A stretch of DNA of 64,000 bases from Candidatus Pacearchaeota archaeon (GTDB lineage Archaea; Nanobdellota; Nanobdellia; Pacearchaeales; GW2011-AR1). A model generated the notes under the pieces. It searched no databases, had not been told where the DNA came from, and saw only the letters and a list, made by a program, of their open reading frames with translations. The stretch lies in NCBI GenBank assembly GCA_018303945.1, contig JAGVXD010000001.1, positions 2,877 through 66,876 on the forward strand, given 5' to 3'. Shown here in pieces: positions 26,976 to 38,167 of the stretch; the first letter of the stretch is position 1, and every line of letters begins with the position of its first letter. A program made the position numbers and the translations under genes.

Positions 26976-27237
26976 CTTGTGGGCACCAGTATTTAGAAAA
27001 TCGCTTCTACCCTCAAGTTAAAGCTCAACTATTTAAACTATTATCGACGTATAATCTTGTACAAAAGTTGTATAAGAAATGCCCACTAAACTGGACAAAA
27101 GTATCTCGATGTCGGTAGGGGCATTCACACATAAAAACGCCAACCCTCATACAGGGCATTGAATTGGAGGAAGTTCAAATCCCCTACGCGGATTTGAGAT
27201 TGATAAAATATTTTAAATAAAAAACAGATGAAATAAT

Positions 27238-27615
27238 ATGGATAAGAAAACACTTCATAAAAAATGGTATTTTCGATTGCTTCAAGTAATATTTCTGGGA
27301 TTTTTCATATTCTTTATAATTGTATGTATTCGTGGTATTTTTTACGGAGAGGGTGAGCCATTTGTTGGATTCATCTTCGCAGGTATTTTAGCTATTGTGT
27401 ACTGGCTAATCATGAGAAATAAAGGTTCGATGGGCGGGTTTGTTTTTGGAGTACTAATTGATTTTATTTTTTTATTCATATTACATAAAATTTATCCTGA
27501 AGAAGACATAGCAGGAATAGTAATCATTAGCTTATTATTGAGTGGATTATTTTTTGCATTTATAGGTTATTTGACTCAAAAATACTTTGAAAAAAAGAGC
27601 AAGATAAAAAGGTGA
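27238..27615 (+). CDS. Small membrane protein (3 predicted TM helices)
   Basis: Hydrophobic segments; no motif. Confidence 0.45.
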   Translation: MDKKTLHKKWYFRLLQVIFLGFFIFFIIVCIRGIFYGEGEPFVGFIFAGILAIVYWLIMRNKGSMGGFVFGVLIDFIFLFILHKIYPEEDIAGIVIISLLLSGLFFAFIGYLTQKYFEKKSKIKR

Positions 27616-27796
27616 AAAATATTTAACAAGCTTATACTCAAAAAATCGGAGGAAAAAGCAAGAAAAAACTTGAAGTATCCGAATTTGCCTAATGGGCAAC
27701 CCCTTCCTGAGGCATAGAACATAAATCCATGCCCAACATGGGATTTGAATAAAATAATTTCAAGTTGTTGAAGAAGCTCTTGGCAATGGGAGAGTT

Positions 27797-28168
27797 TTGG
27801 AGAGAAATATATCAGAAATATTTGATGGCATTAGTTATGTTGAGCAGAATGCGCCAAATCTTGAAAGAAATATTCGTGCACTTATTGACCGAGAACTTAA
27901 TTCTAGGCAAGGAATCCACCCATCATCAAAGATACTTAAAGATATGATGAGAATTTCAAAGAAATGGAATGATTTAGTTAAGAAACTAAGAAAGAAGTAT
28001 CCAAATAAGTCTAAAAAAGAGATTTTAAGGATGGCTAAAAAACAATATGGGAAAGAAGAGGAGGCTTTGAATAATTCAGAGCTTTTTAGTCAAAAAGAAC
28101 TGATTGAATTGCATAATAGAAAAGTCAGACGAACTAGGAAGAAAATAGATGAACTGATTGGAATTTAG
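27797..28168 (+). CDS. Hypothetical lysine-rich protein
   Basis: ORF only. Confidence 0.35.
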   Translation: MERNISEIFDGISYVEQNAPNLERNIRALIDRELNSRQGIHPSSKILKDMMRISKKWNDLVKKLRKKYPNKSKKEILRMAKKQYGKEEEALNNSELFSQKELIELHNRKVRRTRKKIDELIGI

Positions 28169-28196
28169 AAAGACGATAAGGGATGAAATTACTTCT

Positions 28197-28331
28197 ATGA
28201 AAAGAAGCGGAACGGCCACTTTAGATTTTAAAAGAATAAACAAACATAAATGTGAGGTTTGTAAGAATAACAAAGCTAAGCTAATCAAACAAGGCAAGTA
28301 TCTATGCAAAAGATGTGCTTTTTATGGGTAG
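28197..28331 (+). CDS. Small zinc-ribbon protein (44 aa); not in ORF track
   Basis: Manual translation MKRSGTATLDFKRINKHKCEVCKNNKAKLIKQGKYLCKRCAFYG with CxxC-x16-CxxC. Confidence 0.35.
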   Translation: MKRSGTATLDFKRINKHKCEVCKNNKAKLIKQGKYLCKRCAFYG

Positions 28332-28438
28332 AAACACCTTATAGCAAACTATCTTTGATGAGATGTAAATAACTATACCTAAAATATTTTTTATTAAGGT
28401 AAACTTTAAAAGCGTTGATTTTATAGTTATTTTGAGAA

Positions 28439-28540
28439 GGTCTCATAAGCTAGCGGTAAACTGACTCGTTTACAAGTGTAATGTTAAACGTCAAAACACT
28501 AAAAGCCGAGTATTCCGAGGTTCAACTCCTCGTGGGACCA
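28439..28540 (+). tRNA. Probable intron-containing tRNA (102 nt; anticodon tentatively TAC/Val)
   Basis: Acceptor GGTCTCA/TGGGACC and T-arm CGAGG-TTCAACT-CCTCG are canonical. The ~30 extra nt imply an intron. D-arm pairing is weak by eye. Confidence 0.45.
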
Positions 28541-29494
28541 TTTATAAACAAAGATAGTTAAATTAATATAACTTTTATTATTAGTAAAAGTCTAGGAAAT
28601 ATATGTTATGGTTTACACCAATACCATGGTTTTACTAACCAATTCTAATAACATTTTATAATCCCGTTAAAATCTCCTCTATAAATCATCATACCCCATA
28701 AATCATACAGCTACTCTCATTTACTGGGATGTTGATATGTTTAAACTTGTTTTTTGGTGGTATTTATAATAGGTTTAGGTTAATCTTTCTAACTCTATTA
28801 CTCTCTTTCTTAGAATATTATTCTCTTCCTTTAATTCTTTTATTACCTATCTGAAAATGGAAACGCTTTTTTCTTCAAGATGGAATGCATCAAAATAGCT
28901 CCTTCAAGAGTGTCTCTTCCTAAAGGAATATCTTCTCTTTTCCGGTCGTTTTCATGGGGAGATTTGTCATGCATTGATTCATAGGCAAACCATCCCAATG
29001 CCAGTATATAATACACTCCGGACGCTAATGCTTCTAGTACTTTGTATGGAAAAGTATAAGCCATGTAATTATAGATATTAAGACATATAAAAAATTATCG
29101 TTCACTGATTAGAATGCGGCTGGAAGATAGGGAGTATAAGAAAGCAAATTAGTTAGGTTTTTGCCTAGATTAGTTCGTTCCCATTGTTCTTCACTCCACT
29201 CTCTTATTTTTATATACAATCCTATGCCTAAAACATATCCTGCGAGTCCAATCCCCTGCATAGTCGTTACTGACTTTTTCAAAATTTCATATCCAGTCAA
29301 TAAGGAATTATCTTCCATCTATTTTAAGAATAAGCATTGTTTATAAAATTTGCTAGAAAAATGACTATAGCGCAAAAAATATTCTTTATTGCTCCAAATG
29401 GGTCTTATGCTCCTTAACTTGCTGCGAAGCGAACGATGGGTTTTTATTCTTAGATTATACTGCATAAAATGCATAGTAAAGAAGTCTTAAATTA

Positions 29495-30412
29495 TCAGTT
29501 ATAGGAGCTTAAACTTCCCCGATATGTTGAAGGCTTGGCATAAATAGCAAGTTCAGATGCTAAATACATCACCCTTAATGGATGATTTTCATCGCGCTTG
29601 AAAGAATCATATTCTCTAGATTTAAAGGAATAACTTAATATCTGAACCATATCTTCTATACCTTCTATGTCTTCTAATATTATTCCCTTGGAATATAAAG
29701 CTATCATAGCCCTGCCCATTTGATGAGGCCAATGTGAGCTTGAAACTGCAATTCCTGGTTTGTTTCCTATATTAGATATTAATTTCGCGGCGTCATTAGA
29801 TGAACGAGTATATCTCCATAGTTTATTTATCTTCGGGACAAATCTTGAAGCAACACGCACAACTTTTGGATTAATGCAATTATTAGAATCATAAGTAATA
29901 ACTCCATCAAAATTATCAATTACCCCAGTAGCCATATTCTTGCATGCAGAAGAGTTATGTATCCCAGTAAGAAACGAAAGCAACCCTTTATCCTGTGCAT
30001 ACATAGCCACATCTTCAATTTTTTGATAATCTTTTTTAAGCATATTTGCCCCGATTATATGGGCTTTAAGACCATTCCAATCAGTTCCATGTGGGGCGTG
30101 AATTGTTTCACTGTTAAGAAAATAGACTATCTCGCGATCTCTTCTTATTCTCACAAGATTCTCGTCTAATTCATTAAATGCATAGTTTCCAGGGAGATTA
30201 CGCAATAAACTTCTGAAATATCCAAACCTATCTTCAGGCATACCTTGAACCATCTTATCATCTTCAGAAGTTATGGCTGTGATACTTACATTATTTTTAA
30301 AGCAGGAATCAGCTAGAACTTTTGGCAAGTTTTCTGGTTTTATATTGTGTCGTGCAAGCCAAAAATCCTGAAAACCTATTGTTCCAAAAGAACGTAAATC
30401 TGCGCTGACCAT
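29495..30412 (-). CDS. Hypothetical protein (305 aa)
   Basis: ORF only. Confidence 0.45.
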   Translation of the reverse strand: MVSADLRSFGTIGFQDFWLARHNIKPENLPKVLADSCFKNNVSITAITSEDDKMVQGMPEDRFGYFRSLLRNLPGNYAFNELDENLVRIRRDREIVYFLNSETIHAPHGTDWNGLKAHIIGANMLKKDYQKIEDVAMYAQDKGLLSFLTGIHNSSACKNMATGVIDNFDGVITYDSNNCINPKVVRVASRFVPKINKLWRYTRSSNDAAKLISNIGNKPGIAVSSSHWPHQMGRAMIALYSKGIILEDIEGIEDMVQILSYSFKSREYDSFKRDENHPLRVMYLASELAIYAKPSTYRGSLSSYN

Positions 30413-30469
30413 AAACCATGAGTTATTACAAGGTATTTAAATTTTACTATTGTTGTAACTATTAAAATA

Positions 30470-31027
30470 CTACATAATTCCCTTGAGCAGAGCCCCAACT
30501 ATGAAGGCGAGCAAAGCAGCAACTCCCCCTATAAGCAAAGTCTCTGCTGCTGAACGCATCCAGTGCTTTTGAGTGACTTCTCCCTTTACTGCTCCCACAA
30601 GAGCAAGAGCCGCACCGGTTAAGACAAAAGAAATCATAATCTGTGAGTTCTTCAAAGAAGGATAAAAGAAGGATAAAAGAAATGATAACAGAGGTATAAA
30701 TCCTATAATAAAGAAAGATATAAATGTTGCAATAGCTGTCTTGACAGGATGCTTGCCCAGTCTTACATACTCTTTATAATCAACATGATGTCTATGAAGT
30801 TCGGTTTGGGATTTTGTGGCGAGGTAATTTGAAACGGCCATTGAAAATCCATCTGCAAAAAGGTTTGCAAATCCTAAAATAAGAACTATTGCAGGGCTTA
30901 ATGCTGCCCCTATAGAGCCGGCAACAACAGCAAAAGTCGTGACTGCGCCGTCAATTCCACCATAAACAAACTCTGGCAAATATTTTCTGGCAATTCTCTC
31001 TTCACCCATAAATAATCTAGGAAGCAT
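30470..31027 (-). CDS. VIT1/CCC1-family iron/manganese transporter
   Basis: GGIDGAVTTFAVVAGSIGA motif and multiple TM segments. Confidence 0.75.
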   Translation of the reverse strand: MLPRLFMGEERIARKYLPEFVYGGIDGAVTTFAVVAGSIGAALSPAIVLILGFANLFADGFSMAVSNYLATKSQTELHRHHVDYKEYVRLGKHPVKTAIATFISFFIIGFIPLLSFLLSFFYPSLKNSQIMISFVLTGAALALVGAVKGEVTQKHWMRSAAETLLIGGVAALLAFIVGALLKGIM

Positions 31028-31053
31028 AGCTTTTTAAATACCTCTTCTTTCAC

Positions 31054-32826
31054 TTGAACATGACAAATAATTCGAACAATTCACAATCCAATCATAATTA
31101 TTCAGCACCTCAACCAGGGACTCCACAAACGGTTCCTGCTGACTTTGCAATCTTAAAGAATGCTCTTGAAGGCTTTAAGAAGCAAGTAGTAAAGAAATAT
31201 CCATTTACAGTTGCCATATCTTTGCTTCCTGGACAGGCTTCTCCTCTATTTGAAGAGGACGAAGGAGTTCCTAAAGAAGTGGCCGAAACAAAGCCTATGC
31301 ACGTAGTAGTTACAATTCCTGAAGAAGAATACAAGAACATTCCTAAGATAAAACCTGAACTTGTTAATCTTGCAAAAGAAACCAAGCAAAATTTATGGGT
31401 GCATGTAAAGACCCCTGTAGACCTCTGGAATTATGGTCTCGACAGCAAATTTGATTTTCTTGATGCAATAGCCCAAGGATATCCAGTGTATGACAAAGGA
31501 TTTCTCGGAGCTTTAAGAGTAGCAAGCATACATAAATCTCTTGTTCTTAGGAAGTTTGACAAATATGTAGCCAGTTATGTAATTGCGGGGAGTCTTGTAA
31601 GAGGCACAGCCGGAAAAGACAGCGATGTTGATGTATTTGTAGTTGTAGATGATACAGACGTAAAGAGAATGTCAAGAATAGAGCTTCTTGAGAAGTTAAG
31701 AGGAATAATCTATGATTATATACGTGAAGCTACTGCACTTTCAGGAGTGAAAAACATACTTAATGTTCAAGTATATCTTCTTACAGATTTCTGGCAGTCT
31801 GTAAAAGATGCTCATCCAGTAATGTTTACATTTATCAGAGATGGAATACCTTTGTATGACAGGGGAACATTTATTCCTTGGAAACTTCTGCTTAAGATGG
31901 GCAAGATTAAGCCAAGTCCTGAAGCCATAGACCTTTATATGAAGCAGGGAGAGCAGACAGAGGATTTTGTAAAGCGCCGACTTCTGGATGCAATGGTAGA
32001 TATATATTACGGAGTGCTTACTCCAACCCAGGCTCTTCTTATGCTTGCAGGGGAAGCCCCTCCAGTGCCAAAAGTTGTAGTTGAAGAAGTACGCAAAGTA
32101 TTTGTTGAGAGAGAGAAAGTAATGACCGTTTCTGATTTAAAGACACTTGAAAAAGCAGTTCACTTATTCAAGCAGTACGAATATGGAAAACTAAAGGAGT
32201 ATCCTGGAACAGAAATTGATAAATTCATGAAAGAGTCCAAAGAATATAACAAACTTCTAAGAGAAGTGCGCAAGAAACTAGAGAAAAGGATGCAGGAAAA
32301 AACTGCAGAAGAGATTTATTCAAATGTATTTACTTTGCTAAAGACATTCTTTGGCAATAAGCCGCAGGAACGGCTGGTCAAAGAATTTGAAACAAATTTA
32401 GTTAAAAAAGGCAAGATTGAGCCCCGCCTCTTGACTGTTCTTAAGGAATTGGCTCAAGCAAAAGCAAAGATTAAGTCCGGGAAGCTAAGCCAGAAAGAAG
32501 TAGAAAATGTAAAGAAAGATGCTTTTGAGCTTATACAAAATCTTACTGAATATGCCCAGCGCGCAGACTTCATATCCTCGAAAAAGGGGACAATTCAGAT
32601 TGCCTATAAAGGAAGAAAAGCCGAGCTTGTTCTGCTTGGCAAAGATAACTTCATAATAGAGGGCGCTACAATGCAGAGAATAACTTCAGACAAATTAGTT
32701 CCGATAACAAAAGAGGAATTTGAGAAATCTTTGGAAGAAAACAAAGGTAAACTAAGTATGACAATTTCAGGCTCGCTGTTTAAGATCTTGGAAAAATCAC
32801 TTGGAGAATTTGAGATTATATTTTAA
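31054..32826 (+). CDS. Nucleotidyltransferase-domain protein with low-complexity N-terminus and long helical C-terminal region
   Basis: GSLVRGTAGKDSDVDVFVVVDD Pol-beta-type NTase motif. Confidence 0.5.
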   Translation: MNMTNNSNNSQSNHNYSAPQPGTPQTVPADFAILKNALEGFKKQVVKKYPFTVAISLLPGQASPLFEEDEGVPKEVAETKPMHVVVTIPEEEYKNIPKIKPELVNLAKETKQNLWVHVKTPVDLWNYGLDSKFDFLDAIAQGYPVYDKGFLGALRVASIHKSLVLRKFDKYVASYVIAGSLVRGTAGKDSDVDVFVVVDDTDVKRMSRIELLEKLRGIIYDYIREATALSGVKNILNVQVYLLTDFWQSVKDAHPVMFTFIRDGIPLYDRGTFIPWKLLLKMGKIKPSPEAIDLYMKQGEQTEDFVKRRLLDAMVDIYYGVLTPTQALLMLAGEAPPVPKVVVEEVRKVFVEREKVMTVSDLKTLEKAVHLFKQYEYGKLKEYPGTEIDKFMKESKEYNKLLREVRKKLEKRMQEKTAEEIYSNVFTLLKTFFGNKPQERLVKEFETNLVKKGKIEPRLLTVLKELAQAKAKIKSGKLSQKEVENVKKDAFELIQNLTEYAQRADFISSKKGTIQIAYKGRKAELVLLGKDNFIIEGATMQRITSDKLVPITKEEFEKSLEENKGKLSMTISGSLFKILEKSLGEFEIIF

Positions 32827-32840
32827 ACAAAATAAATTCT

Positions 32841-33992
32841 TTATAAACTGATAAGCTTAACCTTCGCGTTGTCTGCAGAACTAAAGTTTGTGGCTGCAAG
32901 AAATTGGACGCCCCGCTCATCACACGCTCTCACAGTAGGAGACACTGCTGTACCGTCAATTACTACGGCCAGAATGGGCTTTCTCGCACCGATGATATTT
33001 CTGGTTACTTCTCTAGAGCTTATTTTTTTTATTACGTCAAAATTAGAATCTATTAAAACTGCAGACTTAGTTCCTTTTATTTTCTCGTAAGCCCCTTTCA
33101 CAGCTTCCTTGACTTCTGAAATATCAAACTTTGGCATCTCTTCTCTCTCTTCAGCAATCTCCACTCTATCAAATTGCATTCTTCTTAGAAATTCATCTGT
33201 CGGAATTCTCTTCCTAAGAGACATTAATATCTCTTTGCCTTGAAGTTCCTCTACTTCCTTTCCATCAGGAGCAACTGCAACATAAGTTACTCTGGCATTT
33301 TCTATGACATTTCTTGCAATTAATTTGCCCCCCCTGTCCCCGTCTATAAATAATGTAATTTCTTTATCTGCTCCAAGTTTGGCTATTGTTGCAGGAAGTT
33401 TAGTTCCATTCATTCCTATTACATTATTTACCCTATTTTTCAAGAGATTAACTACGTCTGCTCTTCCTTCAACTACTATAATCTCATTTCCGGATATGTC
33501 TCCTGCAGGAAGTTTTTCATCGCCATACTCCTGTATTTTTGAAGTTCTGGATTCTTCCTTCAAAGTTCGGGACATCTCTCCTAATTCATGTCCATCATCT
33601 AGATTTTCAAGCAGTTTTTTTGCTCTCTCTAAAATGAAATCTCTTTTGCTACCTCTGACATCTTCTATCTTAGATATCTCAATGCTGGCTTCAGTGGGAC
33701 CTATACGGTCAATTGTTTCCAGAGCTGCAGCAATAAGAGTAGTTTCAGATTTATCTAAAGCGCTTGGAAGCTTGATTATTCCTATGCTTTTGCCATCAAC
33801 AGTTTCTAAATCAACTTCTATTCGCCCAATCTTACCTTCTTTTTGCAGTTCACGCATCTCCAGTTCAGCGCCTAAAAGGCCTTCTGTCTGTCCAAAGATA
33901 GCTCCGATTACATCTGGCTTCTCAAGCGGACCTTCAGCTTTGAAAGTCGCATATACCATATACTTTATTGAAACTGGGCTTATTTTTGCCAT
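32841..33992 (-). CDS. dnaG: Archaeal DnaG-type primase (TOPRIM)
   Basis: TOPRIM block IIVVEGRADVVNLL...FIDGDRGG; archaeal DnaG-like N-terminus. Confidence 0.75.
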   Translation of the reverse strand: MAKISPVSIKYMVYATFKAEGPLEKPDVIGAIFGQTEGLLGAELEMRELQKEGKIGRIEVDLETVDGKSIGIIKLPSALDKSETTLIAAALETIDRIGPTEASIEISKIEDVRGSKRDFILERAKKLLENLDDGHELGEMSRTLKEESRTSKIQEYGDEKLPAGDISGNEIIVVEGRADVVNLLKNRVNNVIGMNGTKLPATIAKLGADKEITLFIDGDRGGKLIARNVIENARVTYVAVAPDGKEVEELQGKEILMSLRKRIPTDEFLRRMQFDRVEIAEEREEMPKFDISEVKEAVKGAYEKIKGTKSAVLIDSNFDVIKKISSREVTRNIIGARKPILAVVIDGTAVSPTVRACDERGVQFLAATNFSSADNAKVKLISL

Positions 33993-34564
33993 TTTTATAA
34001 TATATCTTAACTAGAAAGAAAGTTTTAATCTGTCCTGAATGAATAATCTCCTTGAACCTTGGTTTTTTCTCGAGTGGAAAACAAAGCCGGAATACTTCAG
34101 CTTTAAACACAAATTTGTTTTCTTTATGAAGAATTGCGGCCTAAATGCAATTCTCTTGCTTCAGGAATATTATTCCTGACATGAATATGATTTCTTTCTT
34201 TTTTTAAAAACGCAAGACGGTATTTAAACCTTTCTGATTCAGATGTTGTGTGTGCTTAATCATAATTATGTTACAGTGATAGCAAAGTTTAGACTCCGTT
34301 AAATTTATATACTCTGGCTGTGAGACACGAAAGTCACTCACATGGACAAAAAAGAGGCCATACGAAAAGACCTTGCCGACGAGGCAGCGGAAACCGAAGA
34401 ATTCAACGACGAGTTGTTCGATGGTTTAGATTCAACATCAGAATAATTTTTCTTTTGCCTTCATTGAAGGCTTATTTTTTCTAATGTCAAACACTTTGAG
34501 CACAAGAAAATCCTTCGGATTTTCTAATGTAAATATTTATATATCGTGTTACAGGCATTAAAAT

Positions 34565-34993
34565 ATGGTTACAAGAAAAACTAGAAATAATCTTTACATT
34601 AGTGCAATTTCAGGAATTACAGCATTAGGTCTCTGGTATGCTGGCTCAAGAGTTTCTCTTCCTTCTTCTCTTGAGAATTTGCCTAATAGCCGGGAAGCAG
34701 TATCTCTTTTGGAAGAAGCAAATAATTTGCAGATGACTCTTATGAGAATGCCACTTAAGGAAGTCTTATCAAATGATTCACTTTATCTTGCCTATAATGA
34801 ACTTGATAAGTCCCGAGACAAAGCAATTAATAGATACAAAGCAATCACCAATTCAGTTCCTGCACTTACTCCTCTTCCAGATTTTCTTGATGAAAAATCT
34901 CGAGCTCGTACGGGCTTACATTTTTTTAGTTTTTTATCTACATTAACTTCTGTTTCCTTTGCGGCTTTTGCTTTCAGAGGTCGCAATATTTAA
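34565..34993 (+). CDS. Hypothetical membrane-associated protein
   Basis: ORF only. Confidence 0.35.
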   Translation: MVTRKTRNNLYISAISGITALGLWYAGSRVSLPSSLENLPNSREAVSLLEEANNLQMTLMRMPLKEVLSNDSLYLAYNELDKSRDKAINRYKAITNSVPALTPLPDFLDEKSRARTGLHFFSFLSTLTSVSFAAFAFRGRNI

Positions 34994-35241
34994 AAAAATA
35001 TACCACATTAATTCATGTTCTCTTGAGTGGAAAATCCCTTCAGATAAGAAATAATTTTCTTAAAAAAGATTTAAAAGCACAGTTATCCTTCATATTTTAT
35101 GAGAAAAACAGTAAGACGCTCGCGACGCAAACGCCTGCTTAAGAAATATTTAAGAAAAAAATGATTAAGATTTTTTAGATATATTTATAAAAAAAGAAAG
35201 ATTTAAATACCCCGTAATTTAGAGAACATTATTCATATCAC

Positions 35242-36522
35242 ATGGCAAAACAAAAACCAACACTTAACGTTGTTTTCGTTGGTCACGTCGACCACGGAAA
35301 ATCAACTACAATCGGACGATTAATGTTCGATTCTGGAAAGGTAACTCCTGAAGAAATGGAGAAATTGAAAGCTGAAGCTCAAAAACATGGCAAAGCAGGA
35401 TTTGAATTTGCTTTCGTAATGGACAATATAAAAGAAGAAAGAGAACGTGGGGTCACTATAGACCTTTCTTATCAGAAACTTATTACTAACAAATATGAAG
35501 TTACAATAATTGATGCCCCGGGTCACAAAGACTTCGTCAAAAACATGATTACTGGAGCATCACAGGCGGACTGCGCATTCTTAACATTATCTGCAAAAGA
35601 TGGTGTACAGCCGCAGACTAAAGAACATGTATGGTTATTGAGAACAATGGGTGTAGGTCAAATTGCAGTAAATATCAATAAGATGGATGCAGTTGATTAC
35701 AAAGAAGATGTTTATAATAAGGTTAAAACTGAAGTTTCAGCTGTCTTAAAAATGGCCGGATACAAGCCGGATGGAATTACATTCTTGGCTATTTCAGGAT
35801 TCAAAGGCGATAACGTAGTAAAGAAGTCTGCCAATATGCCATGGTACAAAGGGCCAACAGTTCTTGAGCAATTAGATTTATTCAGCCCTCCGGAAAAACC
35901 AATTGATCTTCCATTAAGAATGCCTCTTCAGGATGTTTATGAAATAACCGGCATTGGAACTGTTCCAGTTGGTAAAATAGAAACTGGAGTAATGAAGATT
36001 GGGCAGAAGATAGTTATTCTTCCGGGAAGATCTGGAAAGGGAGTTGAAGGAGAAATTCGCAGTGTTGAAATGCATCATGAACAGCTTCCACAAGCTGAAG
36101 CAGGCGACAATGTCGGAGTTAACATAAGAGGAGTAGGAAAGAAAGATGTTGCTCGCGGAGACGTAGTCTGTGACGCAGCTAAACCTGCCACAATTGCAGA
36201 AGAGTTCGTCGCACAGGTTGCAGTCATTTCACATCCAACAGTCATTGCAAAAGGTTATACACCAGTATTTCATGTTCACACAGCACAAGTTCCATGCCAA
36301 TTTATAGAGCTTATTGAAAAAACAAGCCCGGATGGACAAACAGCAAAGAATCCTGATTTCTTGAAGAATGGAGATGTTGCAAAAGTAAGAATCAAGCCAA
36401 TGGGCAATTTAGTGCTTGAGACACAGGCAACCAATCCGCATATGGCTCGTTTCGCTATAAGAGACGCAGGAGCAACAGTTGCTGCAGGCGTATGCATTGA
36501 AGTAAAAGCCAAGAATCTTTAA
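35242..36522 (+). CDS. tuf: Translation elongation factor 1-alpha
   Basis: [12 protein letters not shown]1 motif and full EF-1alpha/EF-Tu architecture. Confidence 0.95.
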   Translation: MAKQKPTLNVVFVGHVDHGKSTTIGRLMFDSGKVTPEEMEKLKAEAQKHGKAGFEFAFVMDNIKEERERGVTIDLSYQKLITNKYEVTIIDAPGHKDFVKNMITGASQADCAFLTLSAKDGVQPQTKEHVWLLRTMGVGQIAVNINKMDAVDYKEDVYNKVKTEVSAVLKMAGYKPDGITFLAISGFKGDNVVKKSANMPWYKGPTVLEQLDLFSPPEKPIDLPLRMPLQDVYEITGIGTVPVGKIETGVMKIGQKIVILPGRSGKGVEGEIRSVEMHHEQLPQAEAGDNVGVNIRGVGKKDVARGDVVCDAAKPATIAEEFVAQVAVISHPTVIAKGYTPVFHVHTAQVPCQFIELIEKTSPDGQTAKNPDFLKNGDVAKVRIKPMGNLVLETQATNPHMARFAIRDAGATVAAGVCIEVKAKNL

Positions 36523-36753
36523 TTTCTTTTTTAATATAAATTATACAAAGCTAATTATTAAATGCTCTGAAAAACTAAAAACCCAGAGTTTTCTCAGTGT
36601 CAAGAACTATATTGGCTGGAATGTTATATCAATTTTTACTCTAAATTCTTGAATAAAAATCTCATCTTGGCAAGTTTAGATGTACTTTATATATTAAAAT
36701 TAAAAATACACAACTATAATAAAACTTATAAATGAGATTAATGTAAAATTAAT

Positions 36754-37395
36754 ATGATTTCAAAAGAAGGGCCGATAAATAGACGCGAAATAGAGGCTAA
36801 ATTAGCCAGTGTTGGGGACTATGTTAAAATGGATTATCTGCAATCATGTTTAAAGAGAAGTCTGGATTTTGATAATAAGAAATATGTTCTCTTGACTCTG
36901 GCCCACATATATGAAACAAGAAAGATGTTTCTTGAGGCTGGAAGAATGATGCGAAATGCGGCAGAAATTAATTCAACATATGATGCTAAAATTAACGATT
37001 ATCTTAAAGCCATGGATTTATTCATAAAGGGAGGCGGATTTGATGATGCAGACATATCATTTACTAAAGCTCTGGGATGTGCAGAAGGAATGCAAAAAGA
37101 GAGAATAAAGAGGACCCGTAAAGAGGCATATCTTAAGCAGGCAGACGGATATCTTGCAGGAGACAAAAGAAAACATGCAATGGAAGCTTATCAAAGATAT
37201 CTTACATTTCCCGAGGTGACTGGAGATGAGAGAAAATCTGCTCAACAAGCACTATTAGGCATTTATGAGAAACTAGGCAAAATAACTGAATATGGCAATC
37301 TTAAGAGGTCTATGACTCAACCAGCACAGCCAAATAAGGAAGCACGTGAGCAGAGCAGAACATCTTCTTTTTCTTGGAGAGATATAGGTCTGTAA
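36754..37395 (+). CDS. Hypothetical helical protein
   Basis: ORF only. Confidence 0.4.
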   Translation: MISKEGPINRREIEAKLASVGDYVKMDYLQSCLKRSLDFDNKKYVLLTLAHIYETRKMFLEAGRMMRNAAEINSTYDAKINDYLKAMDLFIKGGGFDDADISFTKALGCAEGMQKERIKRTRKEAYLKQADGYLAGDKRKHAMEAYQRYLTFPEVTGDERKSAQQALLGIYEKLGKITEYGNLKRSMTQPAQPNKEAREQSRTSSFSWRDIGL

Positions 37396-37585
37396 TAAAT
37401 TTTAAAGTACGCAGTATTTAAACATCAAGCTAATTTATAAGTAGTAACGAGATAGAAAGAATTAAATATGGCTTGTTTCTAAGAGAAATATGGAAAGTGA
37501 AGCAGTAACATTTGTGTCGGGTGCATGGAATTTTAATTTTGGCAATGGATTAACCTGAAGTTTACTTAATGAATTACTTCCTGCA

Positions 37586-37828
37586 ATGACTCAAGATCAA
37601 AGCGCAAAATGGACTTTTGATGATGGATATCACACTGCTTCTCTCTATGAATTCTTTTTAATAGGCGGTAAGTTGTACGAACTAAGAAATGAAAGAGAAA
37701 AAGTAGGACAAAATGCTGAATCAGCACGTCAGTTTATAAAGAAATGGATAAGAGGAAAATGGCTTAATACCCAAACTAGAATATACTTTAAGCCTAGAGG
37801 AGAAGATGAAATCATTCATAATTATTGA
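37586..37828 (+). CDS. Hypothetical protein (80 aa)
   Basis: ORF only; overlaps the next ORF by 4 nt. Confidence 0.3.
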   Translation: MTQDQSAKWTFDDGYHTASLYEFFLIGGKLYELRNEREKVGQNAESARQFIKKWIRGKWLNTQTRIYFKPRGEDEIIHNY

Positions 37829-38151
37829 ACTGCACGAGCTTTACAAAAAACATAGATTTTCTTGGGGAATGTGGGTTGGTGGAAGAAGTATTGTCTTTGG
37901 AACAGTCTTTAGCTTTAACAGGGAAGAATCCTCAAGATGTTGCAAACATAATGAGTTATCTTAATTATATTCATGGAAATGGTGGTTATATTAAGAGAAG
38001 ATATAATACTAATAGGCCTGCCAGCGTTGATGAAAGAATCGTGCAGTTCGGTGCGAATTCTGATAGTTTCTGCTTTTTATGCGATATTAATACTTCGAGT
38101 GTGGGAGCTTCTTTCGGGGTACGCTTTTCGCAAAAAGATTTTAAAGCGTAA
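37825..38151 (+). CDS. Hypothetical protein (108 aa)
   Basis: ORF only. Confidence 0.3.
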   Translation: MNCTSFTKNIDFLGECGLVEEVLSLEQSLALTGKNPQDVANIMSYLNYIHGNGGYIKRRYNTNRPASVDERIVQFGANSDSFCFLCDINTSSVGASFGVRFSQKDFKA

Positions 38152-38167
38152 ATTTTTTCAAGAAACT

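Noticed and set aside
26021-26986. 9-bp direct repeat GTGGGCACC on both sides of the Fic gene
   Set aside because: Nine-mers recur by chance many times in 64 kb, and there is no extended identity.
27100-27200. Possible second tRNA gene after the Fic gene
   Set aside because: Only a T-arm-like GTTCAAATCCC plus a local 7-bp hairpin. No acceptor, D or anticodon arms could be paired.
33304-34014. 236-aa plus-strand ORF, and many other 60-130-aa ORFs antisense to large genes (e.g. 14700..15134, 16767..17072, 44156..44925, 48258..50250)
   Set aside because: They lie entirely antisense within well-supported genes (dnaG, hisS, rpl35ae, rpoA, rpoB). Their Ser/Leu-rich low-complexity translations are typical of antisense frames.
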